Shown piece by piece: positions 9,026 through 18,547 of a stretch of DNA of 32,000 nucleotides (position 1 is its first letter; the number at the start of each line of letters is the position of its first letter). The notes under the pieces were generated by a model. It searched no databases and was not told where the DNA came from. It saw only the letters and a program-made list of their open reading frames with translations. A program made the translations under genes and the position numbers. The stretch comes from Moraxella nasicaprae (GTDB lineage: Bacteria; Pseudomonadota; Gammaproteobacteria; Pseudomonadales; Moraxellaceae): assembly GCF_025643275.1 (NCBI RefSeq), contig NZ_CP089977.1, positions 1,620,001 to 1,652,000 on the forward strand, in the 5' to 3' direction.

Positions 9026-10450
9026 ATGAAAAAATGGAACAATGGTCTTAGATTGGCTTTGTGCATAGGGCTGATGAGTTCATCATTGGCGGTACGGGCA
9101 AATGATTTGTCAGAACAACAGATGCCACAGATGACTTATCAAGGCAAGCCCATCACTTTGGAATTTCAAGAGATTCCTGTGCGAGCCGCCCTTGATGTGC
9201 TGGCAAGATTTAGCGGTCAAAATATCGTGGTTGATGACTCAGTATCGGGCAATATTACGCTACGCTTGACGAATGTGCCGTGGGATCAGGTGCTGGACAT
9301 GATTGCCCAAAGTCAATCGCTTAGTATCATCAATCAAGATGGTATCATGTTCATCAGCTCAAAGACACTCCAATCGACAGGTGCGTTACAAACTCGTCAT
9401 ATCCGCCTAAAATATGCGATGGCAGAAGAGGTGCAGCGTCTGATTGCTGGCGAAAAAACTTATCATAGCCAGCATAAAAAGAACGATGTCGTCAGGGCTT
9501 ATAATCGCCTTGTGCCAATCAGTAGCAATGTTGAAGACAAAACCATCATTGAAAGTGAGCGATTGGGACTGCTTTCTGAGCAAGGCACAGTCACGGTTGA
9601 TAAGCGAACCAACACACTCATCATTCAAGATAACAGCAAACGACTTGATGGCATTGTTCAGCTTATCGAACAAATCGATATTCCAATGAAGCAGGTCATG
9701 ATTGAGGCAAGAATCGTCTCTGCCCACGAGAATTTTGGTCGCCAGCTTGGGGTGAATTTTGGTGTGTCAGGGCAACATGGCAAGTGGCAATACGCCAGCT
9801 CAAATCGCTCTTTGTGGGCGATGCAAGGACAGCTTAATCCACAAGAATTAAGCGACCAAGACCGACTTAATGTCAATCTTGGCGTGACAAATGGCGTGGG
9901 AAAAATCGCCTTTGGCTTTTTAAACTTACCCAATGCGATATTGGATTTGGAATTGTCAGCCATGCAGGCAAATCAGCACGGAGAAATCATCTCAACCCCT
10001 AAGGTCTTGACCGCAGATAAGCAAACCGCACGCATTTCCTCAGGCGTACAGATTCCTTATCAGGAGGCGAGTGCCTCGGGAGCAACCAGCACTAGTTTTA
10101 AAGAGGCTTCTTTGGTGCTAGAAGCAACGCCAAACATCACCCCAGATGGTAAAATCGCCTTAAAATTAAACATTAAAAACGGTACACCCATCACCAACTT
10201 GGGTAATGTCGCCATTCAAGAAGATGCCATCGAAACCAATGTGCTGGTGTCTGATGGTCAGACTTTGGTGTTGGGCGGTATCTATCGACAAAATCGCAGC
10301 AATGGCGTGAATAAAGTGCCATTTTTGGGCGATGTGCCTGTGCTTGGTCGGTTGTTTCGTTCGGACAGTCGCAGTGATGATAAATCCGAACTGCTGATTT
10401 TTATCACGCCAACTTTGGTTGATGATGGCATTGATGCTCAAAAAAACTAG
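9026..10450 (+). CDS. pilQ: type IV pilus secretin PilQ (compact form)
   Basis: Signal peptide, an STN/N0-like domain (ITLEFQEIPVRAALDVLA...NIVVDDSV.GNITL), and a C-terminal secretin domain (PKVLTADKQTA...VPFLGDVPVLGRLF...ELLIFITP). The ATG at 9026 is preferred; the track start at 9023 is GTG. Confidence 0.9.
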   Translation: MKKWNNGLRLALCIGLMSSSLAVRANDLSEQQMPQMTYQGKPITLEFQEIPVRAALDVLARFSGQNIVVDDSVSGNITLRLTNVPWDQVLDMIAQSQSLSIINQDGIMFISSKTLQSTGALQTRHIRLKYAMAEEVQRLIAGEKTYHSQHKKNDVVRAYNRLVPISSNVEDKTIIESERLGLLSEQGTVTVDKRTNTLIIQDNSKRLDGIVQLIEQIDIPMKQVMIEARIVSAHENFGRQLGVNFGVSGQHGKWQYASSNRSLWAMQGQLNPQELSDQDRLNVNLGVTNGVGKIAFGFLNLPNAILDLELSAMQANQHGEIISTPKVLTADKQTARISSGVQIPYQEASASGATSTSFKEASLVLEATPNITPDGKIALKLNIKNGTPITNLGNVAIQEDAIETNVLVSDGQTLVLGGIYRQNRSNGVNKVPFLGDVPVLGRLFRSDSRSDDKSELLIFITPTLVDDGIDAQKN

Positions 10451-10505
10451 CAAGATGAGCCAAAAACTTGTATGATAGGGCAATTTTTAGTATTGAGGCG
10501 ATGAC

Positions 10506-11111
10506 ATGCTTGAAGAAAATTCAGCACTAATCGAAAATGTATTGGTAGAAAAAAACGCCAGTATGCCAGCCAAAAATCTACCCGCCATCTATCTAGTTGG
10601 ACCGATGGGTGCTGGCAAAACCACGATTGGCAAACTGCTTGCCAAGCATTTGGGGCGTGAGTTCGTTGATTGTGATTGGTATATTGCCAAGCAGACAGGG
10701 GCGGATATTCCGTGGATTTTTGAAAAAGAGGGCGAGGCAGGTTTTCGTGAACGAGAAACCAAAGCCATTAGTGAATTGACCGTGTTGCCAAACATCATCA
10801 TGGCGACAGGTGGTGGTGCGGTGGGTAATGCCCAAAACCGCCAAATGCTCAAACAAGGTCTGGTGATTTATCTGGACGCCAGCGTAGAAACCCAGTTACT
10901 TCGCACCAAAAAAGACAAAAATCGCCCCTTGCTCCAATCAGGCAATCCACGCAAAGTGCTAGAAGAGCTGTATCAGATTCGAGACCCTTTGTATCGAGAA
11001 GTGGCAGACATCATCATACCTACAGGACGAGCTTATCCTAAGCAGATGATTGGCGATATTTTGGATATTTTAAATGATTATGCCAAAAAATCCTATTTTA
11101 GCCAAGAATAG
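10506..11111 (+). CDS. aroK: shikimate kinase
   Basis: Walker A GPMGAGKTTIG and strong similarity to E. coli AroK (ADIPWIFEKEGEAGFRERE). GAGG SD before the ATG at 10506. An alternative start at 10563 (MPAKNLPAIYLVGP) would give the canonical length. Confidence 0.9.
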   Translation: MLEENSALIENVLVEKNASMPAKNLPAIYLVGPMGAGKTTIGKLLAKHLGREFVDCDWYIAKQTGADIPWIFEKEGEAGFRERETKAISELTVLPNIIMATGGGAVGNAQNRQMLKQGLVIYLDASVETQLLRTKKDKNRPLLQSGNPRKVLEELYQIRDPLYREVADIIIPTGRAYPKQMIGDILDILNDYAKKSYFSQE

Positions 11112-11177
11112 CATGGATACGATGTCTAAGACGAGTTTATCAAACCAAGTAACCATCATATTAAGCGGAGTGTAGTC

Positions 11178-12284
11178 ATGACCGCCAAGCCAGCTTTAAT
11201 GGTCAAAACCCAAAGCCACGATTATCCGATTTTTATTCAGGCAAGCCCAACAAAAGCCGATTTGGTTAGCCAGATTGTGCCATACATTCGTGGTCATCAG
11301 GTGCTGATTGTCAGTAATGACACCATCGCTCCTTTGTATCTGGCAGACATGCAAGCAGGACTGATACAGGCAAATTTTGTCGTACAAACTTGTATTTTGC
11401 CAGATGGCGAGGCTTATAAGAACCAACAAAGCATCGACCATATTTATGATGTGCTGTTAGAGCATCATTTTGCCAGAGACTGCACCTTGATTGCTTTGGG
11501 GGGCGGTGTGATTGGCGACATGGTGGGTTTTGCAGCAGCCAGCTATATGCGTGGGGTGGATTTTATCCAAGTGCCAACCACCTTGTTGTCGCAGGTGGAT
11601 TCTAGCGTTGGTGGCAAAACAGGCATCAATCATCGTCGTGGCAAAAATATGATTGGGGCATTTTGGCAGCCCAGATGTGTCTTGGCAGACATGACGACTT
11701 TTGCCACTTTGCCTAAGCGAGAATTTGCCGCAGGCATGGCAGAAGTCATCAAATACGCCTTGATTATGGATGCATCGTTTTTGGACTGGCTAGAAGAAAA
11801 TCATGTTGCCATCAATGCCCAAGATGGCGAAATTTTGGCACAGATGGTACGCCAAAGTTGCCAGTTTAAGGCTCAAATTGTTGCCGAAGATGAGCGAGAG
11901 TCGGGCAGACGAGCTTTACTGAATTTTGGACACACTTTTGGTCATGTGATTGAGACGCATCAAGGCTATGGTGTGTGGCTGCATGGTGAAGCGGTGGCGG
12001 CTGGCATGGTGCAGGCAGCCATGATGTCACAGCAGTTGGGCTATATTGATGAAGATGATGTGGCTCGCATCAAAAAAGTGCTGGCATTGTTTCATTTGCC
12101 CACCCAGCCACCAGCCATCTTGCCTGATGAGGCGTTGGATTTGATGGGGCATGACAAAAAGGTTAAACAAGGACAAATTCGCTTGATTTTGCTCAAAAAA
12201 ATCGGTCAAGCATTTGTTACCTCAGATTTTCAGATGAATGACTTACAAAAAGTATTATCAGCTTTTACCAATTCAATGGTATAA
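11178..12284 (+). CDS. aroB: 3-dehydroquinate synthase
   Basis: 368 aa with GGGVIGDMVGFAAASYMRG, VDSSVGGKTGINH and NFGHTFGH motifs. GGAG SD. Conserved aroK-aroB order. Confidence 0.93.
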   Translation: MTAKPALMVKTQSHDYPIFIQASPTKADLVSQIVPYIRGHQVLIVSNDTIAPLYLADMQAGLIQANFVVQTCILPDGEAYKNQQSIDHIYDVLLEHHFARDCTLIALGGGVIGDMVGFAAASYMRGVDFIQVPTTLLSQVDSSVGGKTGINHRRGKNMIGAFWQPRCVLADMTTFATLPKREFAAGMAEVIKYALIMDASFLDWLEENHVAINAQDGEILAQMVRQSCQFKAQIVAEDERESGRRALLNFGHTFGHVIETHQGYGVWLHGEAVAAGMVQAAMMSQQLGYIDEDDVARIKKVLALFHLPTQPPAILPDEALDLMGHDKKVKQGQIRLILLKKIGQAFVTSDFQMNDLQKVLSAFTNSMV

Positions 12285-12319
12285 TTTGGCTGAGTAAAAA
12301 ATCAAAAAGGTTAATTATT

Positions 12320-13339
12320 ATGTCGCAAAGTTTAGCGATGAGTGCTCAATATTTTCGCAGACAAGCCAAATATTGGTTCTTGGCTGCCATCATTATTGCC
12401 ATCGTTTGGCTGGTTGTGTGGCTGACTTCTGCTGCACCCAGTTTGACAAACAAGGCAGGCGAAGAAGAGCAAGTGGCGGCGGCATTGCCAACTCGCATTG
12501 AACATTTTGTGGATTTGGCAAAAGAAGTGCGTCCGATTGATTTTTCGACAATCGTGCGTGATATGCGTAGCTATCCTGCCGAATTTAAGGATAAGCTGTA
12601 TTATGAAAATATGGGCAATCGTTATACCATTGAATTGATGGATGTGCTTGAAAATGAAGTCATTGTTGATTATTTGGAAGGAGTGGTAGACCGTCAGCAA
12701 TACGCTTATTTTCGCTATTTAGACAAAGAAAAAAGACCGCACTATGTATTGACCTATGGTAAGTTCCAAACGGTAGAAGAGGCACAACAAAACATCACGA
12801 CAAATAATTTTGGTCTGCCACAAAGCCTAAAACCAAAGGTGGTCAAAGCGGCTGATTACCTAAAAATCATCGATAACTACATGCGTGCCGAAGGGATTGC
12901 CGATTTGGCAACCAATCAGCCACGCCGTATCATTCTTAATGCCACCAACAAAGAGATTCCTGTACAGGCAGCGACTCGTGCTGATGAGGATTTGGTGCGT
13001 CGTAGTTATGAAAGTCAGGCAAAAGTGCGTTCACAGCTTGCCAGACAACAAGAATACGCCAAGTATAATGAATTTGGTGGCTATGCCAGTCAGCCAGCTG
13101 AAAAGCAGATGGCAGCACCGGCACACTCTACACCAACACCAGCACCTAGTGAGCAAAGCACGCCGCTGACAGAAGCACCAGCGATGGCACCGACAGCCAA
13201 GCCAACTTCTGCACCTGTGCAGGATAATACACCAAAGCCTACTAATTTTGCCCCAACGCCAAAACCTGATGCCATGGCACCGACAGCCAAGCCAACGGCA
13301 GAGGCACAGAGCGTACCAGCGGAGGCAGGCGAGCAATAA
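12320..13339 (+). CDS. DamX-like membrane protein with SPOR-like domain and Pro/Ala/Thr-rich tail
   Basis: One N-terminal TM helix. A central segment (YTIELM....YAYFRY.....HYVLTYGKFQTVEEAQQ) resembles a SPOR fold signature. Occupies the position after aroB where damX lies in enterics. The C-terminal roughly 90 aa are low-complexity PAT-rich. Confidence 0.5.
   Translation: MSQSLAMSAQYFRRQAKYWFLAAIIIAIVWLVVWLTSAAPSLTNKAGEEEQVAAALPTRIEHFVDLAKEVRPIDFSTIVRDMRSYPAEFKDKLYYENMGNRYTIELMDVLENEVIVDYLEGVVDRQQYAYFRYLDKEKRPHYVLTYGKFQTVEEAQQNITTNNFGLPQSLKPKVVKAADYLKIIDNYMRAEGIADLATNQPRRIILNATNKEIPVQAATRADEDLVRRSYESQAKVRSQLARQQEYAKYNEFGGYASQPAEKQMAAPAHSTPTPAPSEQSTPLTEAPAMAPTAKPTSAPVQDNTPKPTNFAPTPKPDAMAPTAKPTAEAQSVPAEAGEQ
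13184..13206 (+). repeat. 23-bp exact direct repeat, copy 1 (encodes MAPTAKPT)
   Basis: ATGGCACCGACAGCCAAGCCAAC is identical to 13274-13296 and lies in frame in the PAT-rich tail. Confidence 0.9.
13274..13296 (+). repeat. 23-bp exact direct repeat, copy 2
   Basis: Identical to 13184-13206, 90 bp (30 codons) downstream. Confidence 0.9.
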
Positions 13340-13345
13340 TCAGCT

Positions 13346-13969
13346 ATGGCAAATTTGGATGCAAAACAGGTATTAGAAATGTTAAAGGTTGGCAATGAGC
13401 GATACATTGCCAACCTAAGTAGCACCAAGCCACTCATGATACCACCGCCAACTTTGGTGCGTGAGCAAAAACCTAATGCCATCATTTTGGGGTGCTCTGA
13501 TGCTCGTGCGCCTGTGGAGTTGATTTTTGATCAGGGTTTGGGCGATTTATTTGTCATCAGGGTGGCGGGCAATGTGGTTGCTCCTAGTCAGATTGGCTCG
13601 GTAGAATTTGCTGCCGAAAAATTTGGCACTCGTTTGGTGGTGGTGCTTGGGCATTCGCATTGTGGTGCAGTGACAGCGTGCATAGAAGCATTGGTTAATC
13701 CTGATGCTTATTATTCGCCAAACTTACAATCCATCGTGGATCGCATTCGCCCAAGTGTGCTAAATTTACATGAAATCACCACCGCTGCTGGCGATGATGT
13801 GGATATGGACGAGTTGATTGACCGTTCCATTCGTGCCAATGTTAGTATGTCAGTCAGTCAGCTAAAACACGGCTCTCGCATCTTAGAGGACATGGTCAAA
13901 TCAGGCGATTTGCTCATCATTGGTGCAGAGTATGATGTAGCGACTGGCAAAGTGGATTTTTTTGATTGA
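13346..13969 (+). CDS. beta-class carbonic anhydrase
   Basis: Zinc-ligand motifs GCSDAR and GHSHCGAV; 207 aa. Starts 6 nt after the preceding stop, so probably co-transcribed. Confidence 0.88.
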   Translation: MANLDAKQVLEMLKVGNERYIANLSSTKPLMIPPPTLVREQKPNAIILGCSDARAPVELIFDQGLGDLFVIRVAGNVVAPSQIGSVEFAAEKFGTRLVVVLGHSHCGAVTACIEALVNPDAYYSPNLQSIVDRIRPSVLNLHEITTAAGDDVDMDELIDRSIRANVSMSVSQLKHGSRILEDMVKSGDLLIIGAEYDVATGKVDFFD

Positions 13970-13984
13970 TTTTTTAAAGAGTTT

Positions 13985-14524
13985 ATGATGAGTATTAAAC
14001 AACCAGCCAACGCCATTAGTGTTGAGGGCGTCAAAGACATTCCTGTACAATCTGAGGGTTTTGTATATAATCACACGATGTTACGCATCAAAGACCCTGT
14101 TAAGTCACTAGAATTTTATACTGGTGTGCTTGGCATGACTTTGTTGAAGCATCGTAGCTTTCCAGAAGCAAAATTTGATTTGTATTTTTTGGCACGCTTG
14201 ACCGAAGAGGAGCGAAATGCACTACCAGCAGGCGATGAGCTAAAAGATTTTGTGTCTCGTCAGCGTAGTATTTTGGAATTGACACACAATCACGGCACAG
14301 AAAATGACGATGATTTTGCGTATCATAATGGCAATAGCGAACCAAGAGGGTTTGGGCATATTTGTTTTGCTGTACCTGATTTACAGCAGGCGGTGGCGTG
14401 GTTTGATGCCAATGGTGTGGTGTTTCAAAAACGCCCAGAAGAAGGCAGCATGAAAGACATCGCCTTTATTAAAGACCCTGATGGCTACTGGATTGAGATT
14501 ATCGAACTAAACAATAATCGCTGA
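13985..14524 (+). CDS. gloA: lactoylglutathione lyase (glyoxalase I, long type)
   Basis: HTMLRIKDP, ELTHNHGTE, GFGHICF and GYWIEII motifs. 179 aa, i.e. the longer eukaryote/GloA3-like form. Confidence 0.9.
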   Translation: MMSIKQPANAISVEGVKDIPVQSEGFVYNHTMLRIKDPVKSLEFYTGVLGMTLLKHRSFPEAKFDLYFLARLTEEERNALPAGDELKDFVSRQRSILELTHNHGTENDDDFAYHNGNSEPRGFGHICFAVPDLQQAVAWFDANGVVFQKRPEEGSMKDIAFIKDPDGYWIEIIELNNNR

Positions 14525-14526
14525 AC

Positions 14527-14553
14527 AAAAAAGCACCAATTTGGTGCTTTTTT
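14527..14553. terminator. bidirectional terminator shared by gloA and tRNA-Arg
   Basis: Stem AGCACCA (14532-14538) pairs with TGGTGCT (14542-14548) with a 3-nt loop, an A-run before and a T-run after. Confidence 0.75.
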
Positions 14554-14559
14554 AAAAAA

Positions 14560-14636
14560 TGGTGTACCTGACGGGAGTCGAACCCGTGGCCTTCAGCTTC
14601 GGAGGCTGACACTCTATCCAACTGAGCTACAGGTAC
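14560..14636 (-). tRNA. tRNA-Arg (anticodon CCG)
   Basis: Hand-folded 77-nt cloverleaf on the minus strand. Acceptor stem GTACCTG/CAGGTAC, D arm GCTC/GAGT, anticodon stem TCAGC/GCTGA with loop CTCCGAA, T arm ACGGG-TTCGACT-CCCGT, discriminator A, encoded CCA. Confidence 0.92.
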
Positions 14637-14896
14637 AAAATCAATGATGGGGTAAAATTCTTGCAAATTTTATCAAGTTTTTGATAAAAAAACCACCACC
14701 AAAGTAAAAATAATCACTTTTTGTGAAAAACATTGCTAAAATTTTACACAAATGCGTATAAAGGCATGGCATTTTACCCCCTTTTTCCCTTATAATAGTA
14801 AGGTAAATAATTTCATCAGTCTAACCCATCAAAGCCTTGCTTGATTGGTTTGGATTTGATTTCCCCAGAGCGATTTGCTCAAGGTTATAAAACGAG

Positions 14897-15520
14897 ATGA
14901 TGACAATGAAAAAAGTTGCAATGTTATCCGCCAGCTTGTTGGCAATGTTTGCCATGGCGACCAGCCAAGCCCAAGAAGGTGCTAAACCTGCTGAACAAAC
15001 CGAAGCGACTGCGACAGCTGAACAAGCAACCACAGATGCCAAACCTGCTGATAATGCAGAACAAGCAGAACAAGCCACCGAAGACGGTGAGGCTGCCCAA
15101 GCAGCACCAGCACCAAAAAAAGCAGAAGAGCCAATCCCGCAAGACTCTCCGCAAGTTGCTAAATTGGTGGCGATGTATCCAAAACTCATCGCTCGTATCG
15201 CCCCCTATGGCAAAGTATGTTTTGATGGCGAAGAGTGCGACATCAATATTACCGTCCTAGCTCCTGCGGTCGAAGGTCAGGCTCGTGATGGTGAAAGCCT
15301 GTACAAGGCGATTTGTTCAACTTGCCATGATGCAGGCTTGGTGGGTGCTCCTAAGTTTGGCGACAAAGGTGCTTGGGCACCACGCATTGCCAAAGGTAAA
15401 GCTACATTGTACAACAGTGCAACCAATGGCTTTAATGCGATGCCAGCTCGTGGTGGTGCGGACATTTCTGATGAAGAAGTTCAAAATGCTGTGAACTACA
15501 TCATCGAAAAATCAAGCTAA
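14897..15520 (+). CDS. cytochrome c5-family protein with long acidic linker
   Basis: Signal peptide ...AMATSQA. About 60 aa of Ala/Glu/Gln/Thr-rich low complexity. C-terminal haem motif CSTCH with GAPKFGD...MPARGG typical of cytochrome c5. The exact ATG (14897, 14900 or 14906) is uncertain. Confidence 0.8.
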   Translation: MMTMKKVAMLSASLLAMFAMATSQAQEGAKPAEQTEATATAEQATTDAKPADNAEQAEQATEDGEAAQAAPAPKKAEEPIPQDSPQVAKLVAMYPKLIARIAPYGKVCFDGEECDINITVLAPAVEGQARDGESLYKAICSTCHDAGLVGAPKFGDKGAWAPRIAKGKATLYNSATNGFNAMPARGGADISDEEVQNAVNYIIEKSS

Positions 15521-15544
15521 GTTGATTTAATCGATTGAAACCAA

Positions 15545-15593
15545 ACATACCCAAATCATCGTGTGTGATGGTTTGGGTGTTTTTGTTTTTTTT
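15545..15593 (+). terminator. rho-independent terminator after the cytochrome c gene
   Basis: Long stem ACATACCCAAATCATC (15545-15560) pairs with GATGGTTTGGGTGT (15567-15580, including G-U pairs), followed by TTTTTGTTTTTTTT. Confidence 0.75.
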
Positions 15594-15685
15594 GTGCCTG
15601 ACTTGAAATTTGGGTGCTAATCCACATTAAGAAAAGCAACCACACACCTTTTCATTACATCAAAAAATAAAAAAAGAGTAATATA

Positions 15686-16636
15686 ATGACAGACAATGTG
15701 CCAGCCCTAAAAATCAGCGGCTTAACCAAAACTTATCACAATGGTTTTACTGCCTTAAAAGGGGTGGATTTAAGCGTGCCACAAGGTGGATTTTTTGCCT
15801 TGCTTGGTCCTAATGGTGCAGGCAAATCCACCACGATTGGCATCATCAGTTCTCTGTTTCGCCCCAGCTCTGGTACAGTTCAGATTTTTGGGGTGGATTT
15901 GTTTAAAGAGCCAGCCAAAGCCAAGACTTTTTTGGGTGTTGTTCCCCAAGAGTTTAATTTCATGCAGTTTGAAAATGTGCAGGATATTTTGGTAAATCAG
16001 GCGGGTTATTTTGGTATCAAAGCAAGCGATGCCAAGCCACGAGCTGAGAAATTGCTTAAAGCATTGGGTTTGTGGGACAAAAAAGATACTAAGGCTCGCA
16101 TGCTTTCTGGCGGTATGAAACGCCGCTTGATGATTGCTCGTGCCTTGATGCACAAGCCTAAACTGCTGATTTTGGACGAGCCAACCGCAGGTGTGGATAT
16201 TGAACTTCGCCGTTCGATGTGGGATTTTATGCAGACCATCAACCAAGAAGAAGGCACAACCATTATTTTGACCACACACTATCTAGAAGAGGCGGAGCAA
16301 CTTTGCAAAAATATCGCCATTTTGGATAAAGGCGAGATTCGCATCAATACCGACATGAAGACCTTGCTGGCTAGCCTTGATGTGGAGAGTTTTGTGCTGG
16401 ATTTATCCAAGCCCTTAGACAAACCTGTTGTGCTGGATAATGTGCTTAAATACAGTCAGCCAGATGAGCTAAGCCTTGAAATTACGCTCAAAAAAGGCGA
16501 TAGTCTAAACGATGTCTTTGTTCAGCTGTCCAAACAAGGCGTGCAAATCGCCAGTATGCGAAATAAGACCAATCGCCTAGAAGAGCTGTTCATGAATTTG
16601 GTTGAGAATAATTTAAGCGATAAATTATCTGCTTAA
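15686..16636 (+). CDS. ABC transporter ATP-binding protein (YadG-like, ABC-2 type)
   Basis: Walker A GPNGAGKST, signature LSGGMKRR, Walker B LLILDEPT. Followed by an ABC-2 permease. Confidence 0.9.
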   Translation: MTDNVPALKISGLTKTYHNGFTALKGVDLSVPQGGFFALLGPNGAGKSTTIGIISSLFRPSSGTVQIFGVDLFKEPAKAKTFLGVVPQEFNFMQFENVQDILVNQAGYFGIKASDAKPRAEKLLKALGLWDKKDTKARMLSGGMKRRLMIARALMHKPKLLILDEPTAGVDIELRRSMWDFMQTINQEEGTTIILTTHYLEEAEQLCKNIAILDKGEIRINTDMKTLLASLDVESFVLDLSKPLDKPVVLDNVLKYSQPDELSLEITLKKGDSLNDVFVQLSKQGVQIASMRNKTNRLEELFMNLVENNLSDKLSA

Positions 16637-16708
16637 TCAAGTCATCAATCATCATGATTGCCTGAATAAAAAACTTGTTCATCATACAATAATAATCGAT
16701 AGAATTTT

Positions 16709-17485
16709 ATGACAAATCTTAGTAAACAGTGGGTTGCTTTTTGCACCATTTTGTTCAAAGAAATCAAACGCATTTTACGCATTTGGCCACAGACTTTATT
16801 ACCACCTGTCATCACGATGACCTTGTATTTTGTGATTTTTGGTCAGATGATTGGTAGTCGAGTGGGGCAGATGGGCGGTGTGTCCTACATGCAGTTTATC
16901 GTGCCAGGTCTGATTATGATGGCGGTCATCACAAACAGCTATTCGAATGTGGTGTCGAGCTTTTTTAGCATGAAATTTCAAGGCAGTATTGAGGAGCTAC
17001 TGGTATCGCCAGCGTCCAAGCACACCATTTTGCTTGGCTATGTGGCAGGCGGTGTGTTTCGTGGCTTGATGATTGCCTTGATTGTGTCTGTGGTGGCGTT
17101 GTTTTTTACCAAGTTGGGCGTGGCACATGTTGCTGTGATGTTATTGACCATTTTGGGGACTTCGGTGTTGTTTTCATTGGGTGGTTTTATCAATGCGATC
17201 TTTGCTCGTTCCTTTGATGACATCTCCATCATTCCAAGTTTTGTGCTGACACCGCTGACCTATCTGGGCGGGGTGTTTTATTCGATGGAAAATTTGTCAG
17301 GATTTTGGCAGACGCTATCGTTGCTCAACCCCATTGTCTATATGGTGAATGCGTTTCGCTATGGCATTTTGGGCTATTCTGATGTGAATGTTTGGTGGTC
17401 TTTGGCAGCGATTTTGGCGTTTTGTGTGATTTTTTATGGCATTTGCCATCGTTTATTGACCGATGGTTCAAAACTTCGTATCTAA
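16709..17485 (+). CDS. ABC-2 type transporter permease (YadH-like)
   Basis: 258-aa protein with six predicted TM helices. Size and pairing with the upstream ATPase match the E. coli yadG-yadH arrangement. Confidence 0.8.
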   Translation: MTNLSKQWVAFCTILFKEIKRILRIWPQTLLPPVITMTLYFVIFGQMIGSRVGQMGGVSYMQFIVPGLIMMAVITNSYSNVVSSFFSMKFQGSIEELLVSPASKHTILLGYVAGGVFRGLMIALIVSVVALFFTKLGVAHVAVMLLTILGTSVLFSLGGFINAIFARSFDDISIIPSFVLTPLTYLGGVFYSMENLSGFWQTLSLLNPIVYMVNAFRYGILGYSDVNVWWSLAAILAFCVIFYGICHRLLTDGSKLRI

Positions 17486-17512
17486 ATTTGGTGGATTATT
17501 AAGGATAACATT

Positions 17513-18355
17513 ATGAGTATTCACGGTGTATTGGGCGAGACAACCAGCTATCCACAGCAGTATGACCCAAGTGTTTTGTTCGCCATCAGTCGCACTTTGG
17601 GGCGTGAAGCGGTGTATCAAGAGACGAATATTGATACCGAAGCATTGGCGGTCGGCGTGGATATTTGGCAAGCCTTTGAATTGTCTTGGTTAAATCCCAA
17701 CGGCATTTCTCAGGTGGCGGTAGCCAGAATTTTGATACCAGCCAATTCGCCTAATATCGTTGAGTCAAAATCACTCAAACTGTACCTAAACAGCCTTAAT
17801 TTTAGCACCTTTGCCCATCTGGACGAAGTGGCAAGCGTCATTCAAAAAGACCTATCAGACTGCATTGGGGCGATTGTCTCGGTGCAGATTGAGCCACTAA
17901 ACTCATCAAGATTTGCCATCACAACGGCAATGGGCGAGTGCATTGATTTGGTGCTCAATGATTGTCAGGGTGTAACAATCAGTGATGATATTGACGCATC
18001 AATGCTGGCAGATGCCAAAACTGGCGTGAGTAAGACTTATCAATTTCATACCAATCTGCTAAGAAGCAACTGCCCTGTGACCAATCAGCCAGATTGGGGA
18101 ACTTTGTCAGTATCCATCACGACAGACAAGCTGCTTGATTATGAGAAAATTTTGGCTTATGTGCTGACTTTTCGCAAACACAACGGCTTTCATGAGCAAT
18201 GTGTAGAGCGGATTTTTGCCGATTTTTTGGTGCATTTTCAGCCTAGCCAAATGGCAGTCTGGGCAAATTATACCAGACGAGGTGGTATCGACATCAACCC
18301 AATTCGAGTACTCAACCAGACTTTGCCTGATTTTGGGCGTTTGGTTCGCCAGTAG
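17513..18355 (+). CDS. queF: NADPH-dependent 7-cyano-7-deazaguanine (preQ0) reductase, bimodular type
   Basis: 280 aa with QueF motif ESKSLKLYLNS and catalytic Cys context SNCPVTNQPDWG. Confidence 0.9.
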   Translation: MSIHGVLGETTSYPQQYDPSVLFAISRTLGREAVYQETNIDTEALAVGVDIWQAFELSWLNPNGISQVAVARILIPANSPNIVESKSLKLYLNSLNFSTFAHLDEVASVIQKDLSDCIGAIVSVQIEPLNSSRFAITTAMGECIDLVLNDCQGVTISDDIDASMLADAKTGVSKTYQFHTNLLRSNCPVTNQPDWGTLSVSITTDKLLDYEKILAYVLTFRKHNGFHEQCVERIFADFLVHFQPSQMAVWANYTRRGGIDINPIRVLNQTLPDFGRLVRQ

Positions 18356-18375
18356 TCATGCTGTCAAGAATAACA

Positions 18376-18417
18376 AAAACCCAAAGGCATTTAATGTTTT
18401 TGGGTTTTATTGTTTTT
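18376..18417 (+). terminator. rho-independent terminator after queF
   Basis: Stem AAAACCCAAA (18376-18385) pairs with TTTGGGTTTT (18399-18408), followed by ATTGTTTTT. Confidence 0.7.
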
Positions 18418-18547
18418 GGCGATAAATAAGAGATTACTCATTGATGGGTAGATGGCTGTAATGGGTTGATTTTTGGGCGATTTGGCAAAAAATCCTAAGA
18501 TTTGATGAAATGATATGGATAAAAAAGATTTGCTTTTTTGAAAAATA

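Noticed and set aside
13031-13485. Two overlapping minus-strand ORFs (101 and 131 aa) rich in Cys, Arg, Gly and Ala.
   Set aside because: They are the reverse-complement reading of the Pro/Ala/Thr-rich tail of the DamX-like gene. Low-complexity GC-rich codons keep antisense frames open.
14560-14636. tRNA-Arg as a possible integration site for a genomic island.
   Set aside because: No integrase, no direct repeat of the tRNA 3' end, and housekeeping genes with their own terminators flank it on both sides.
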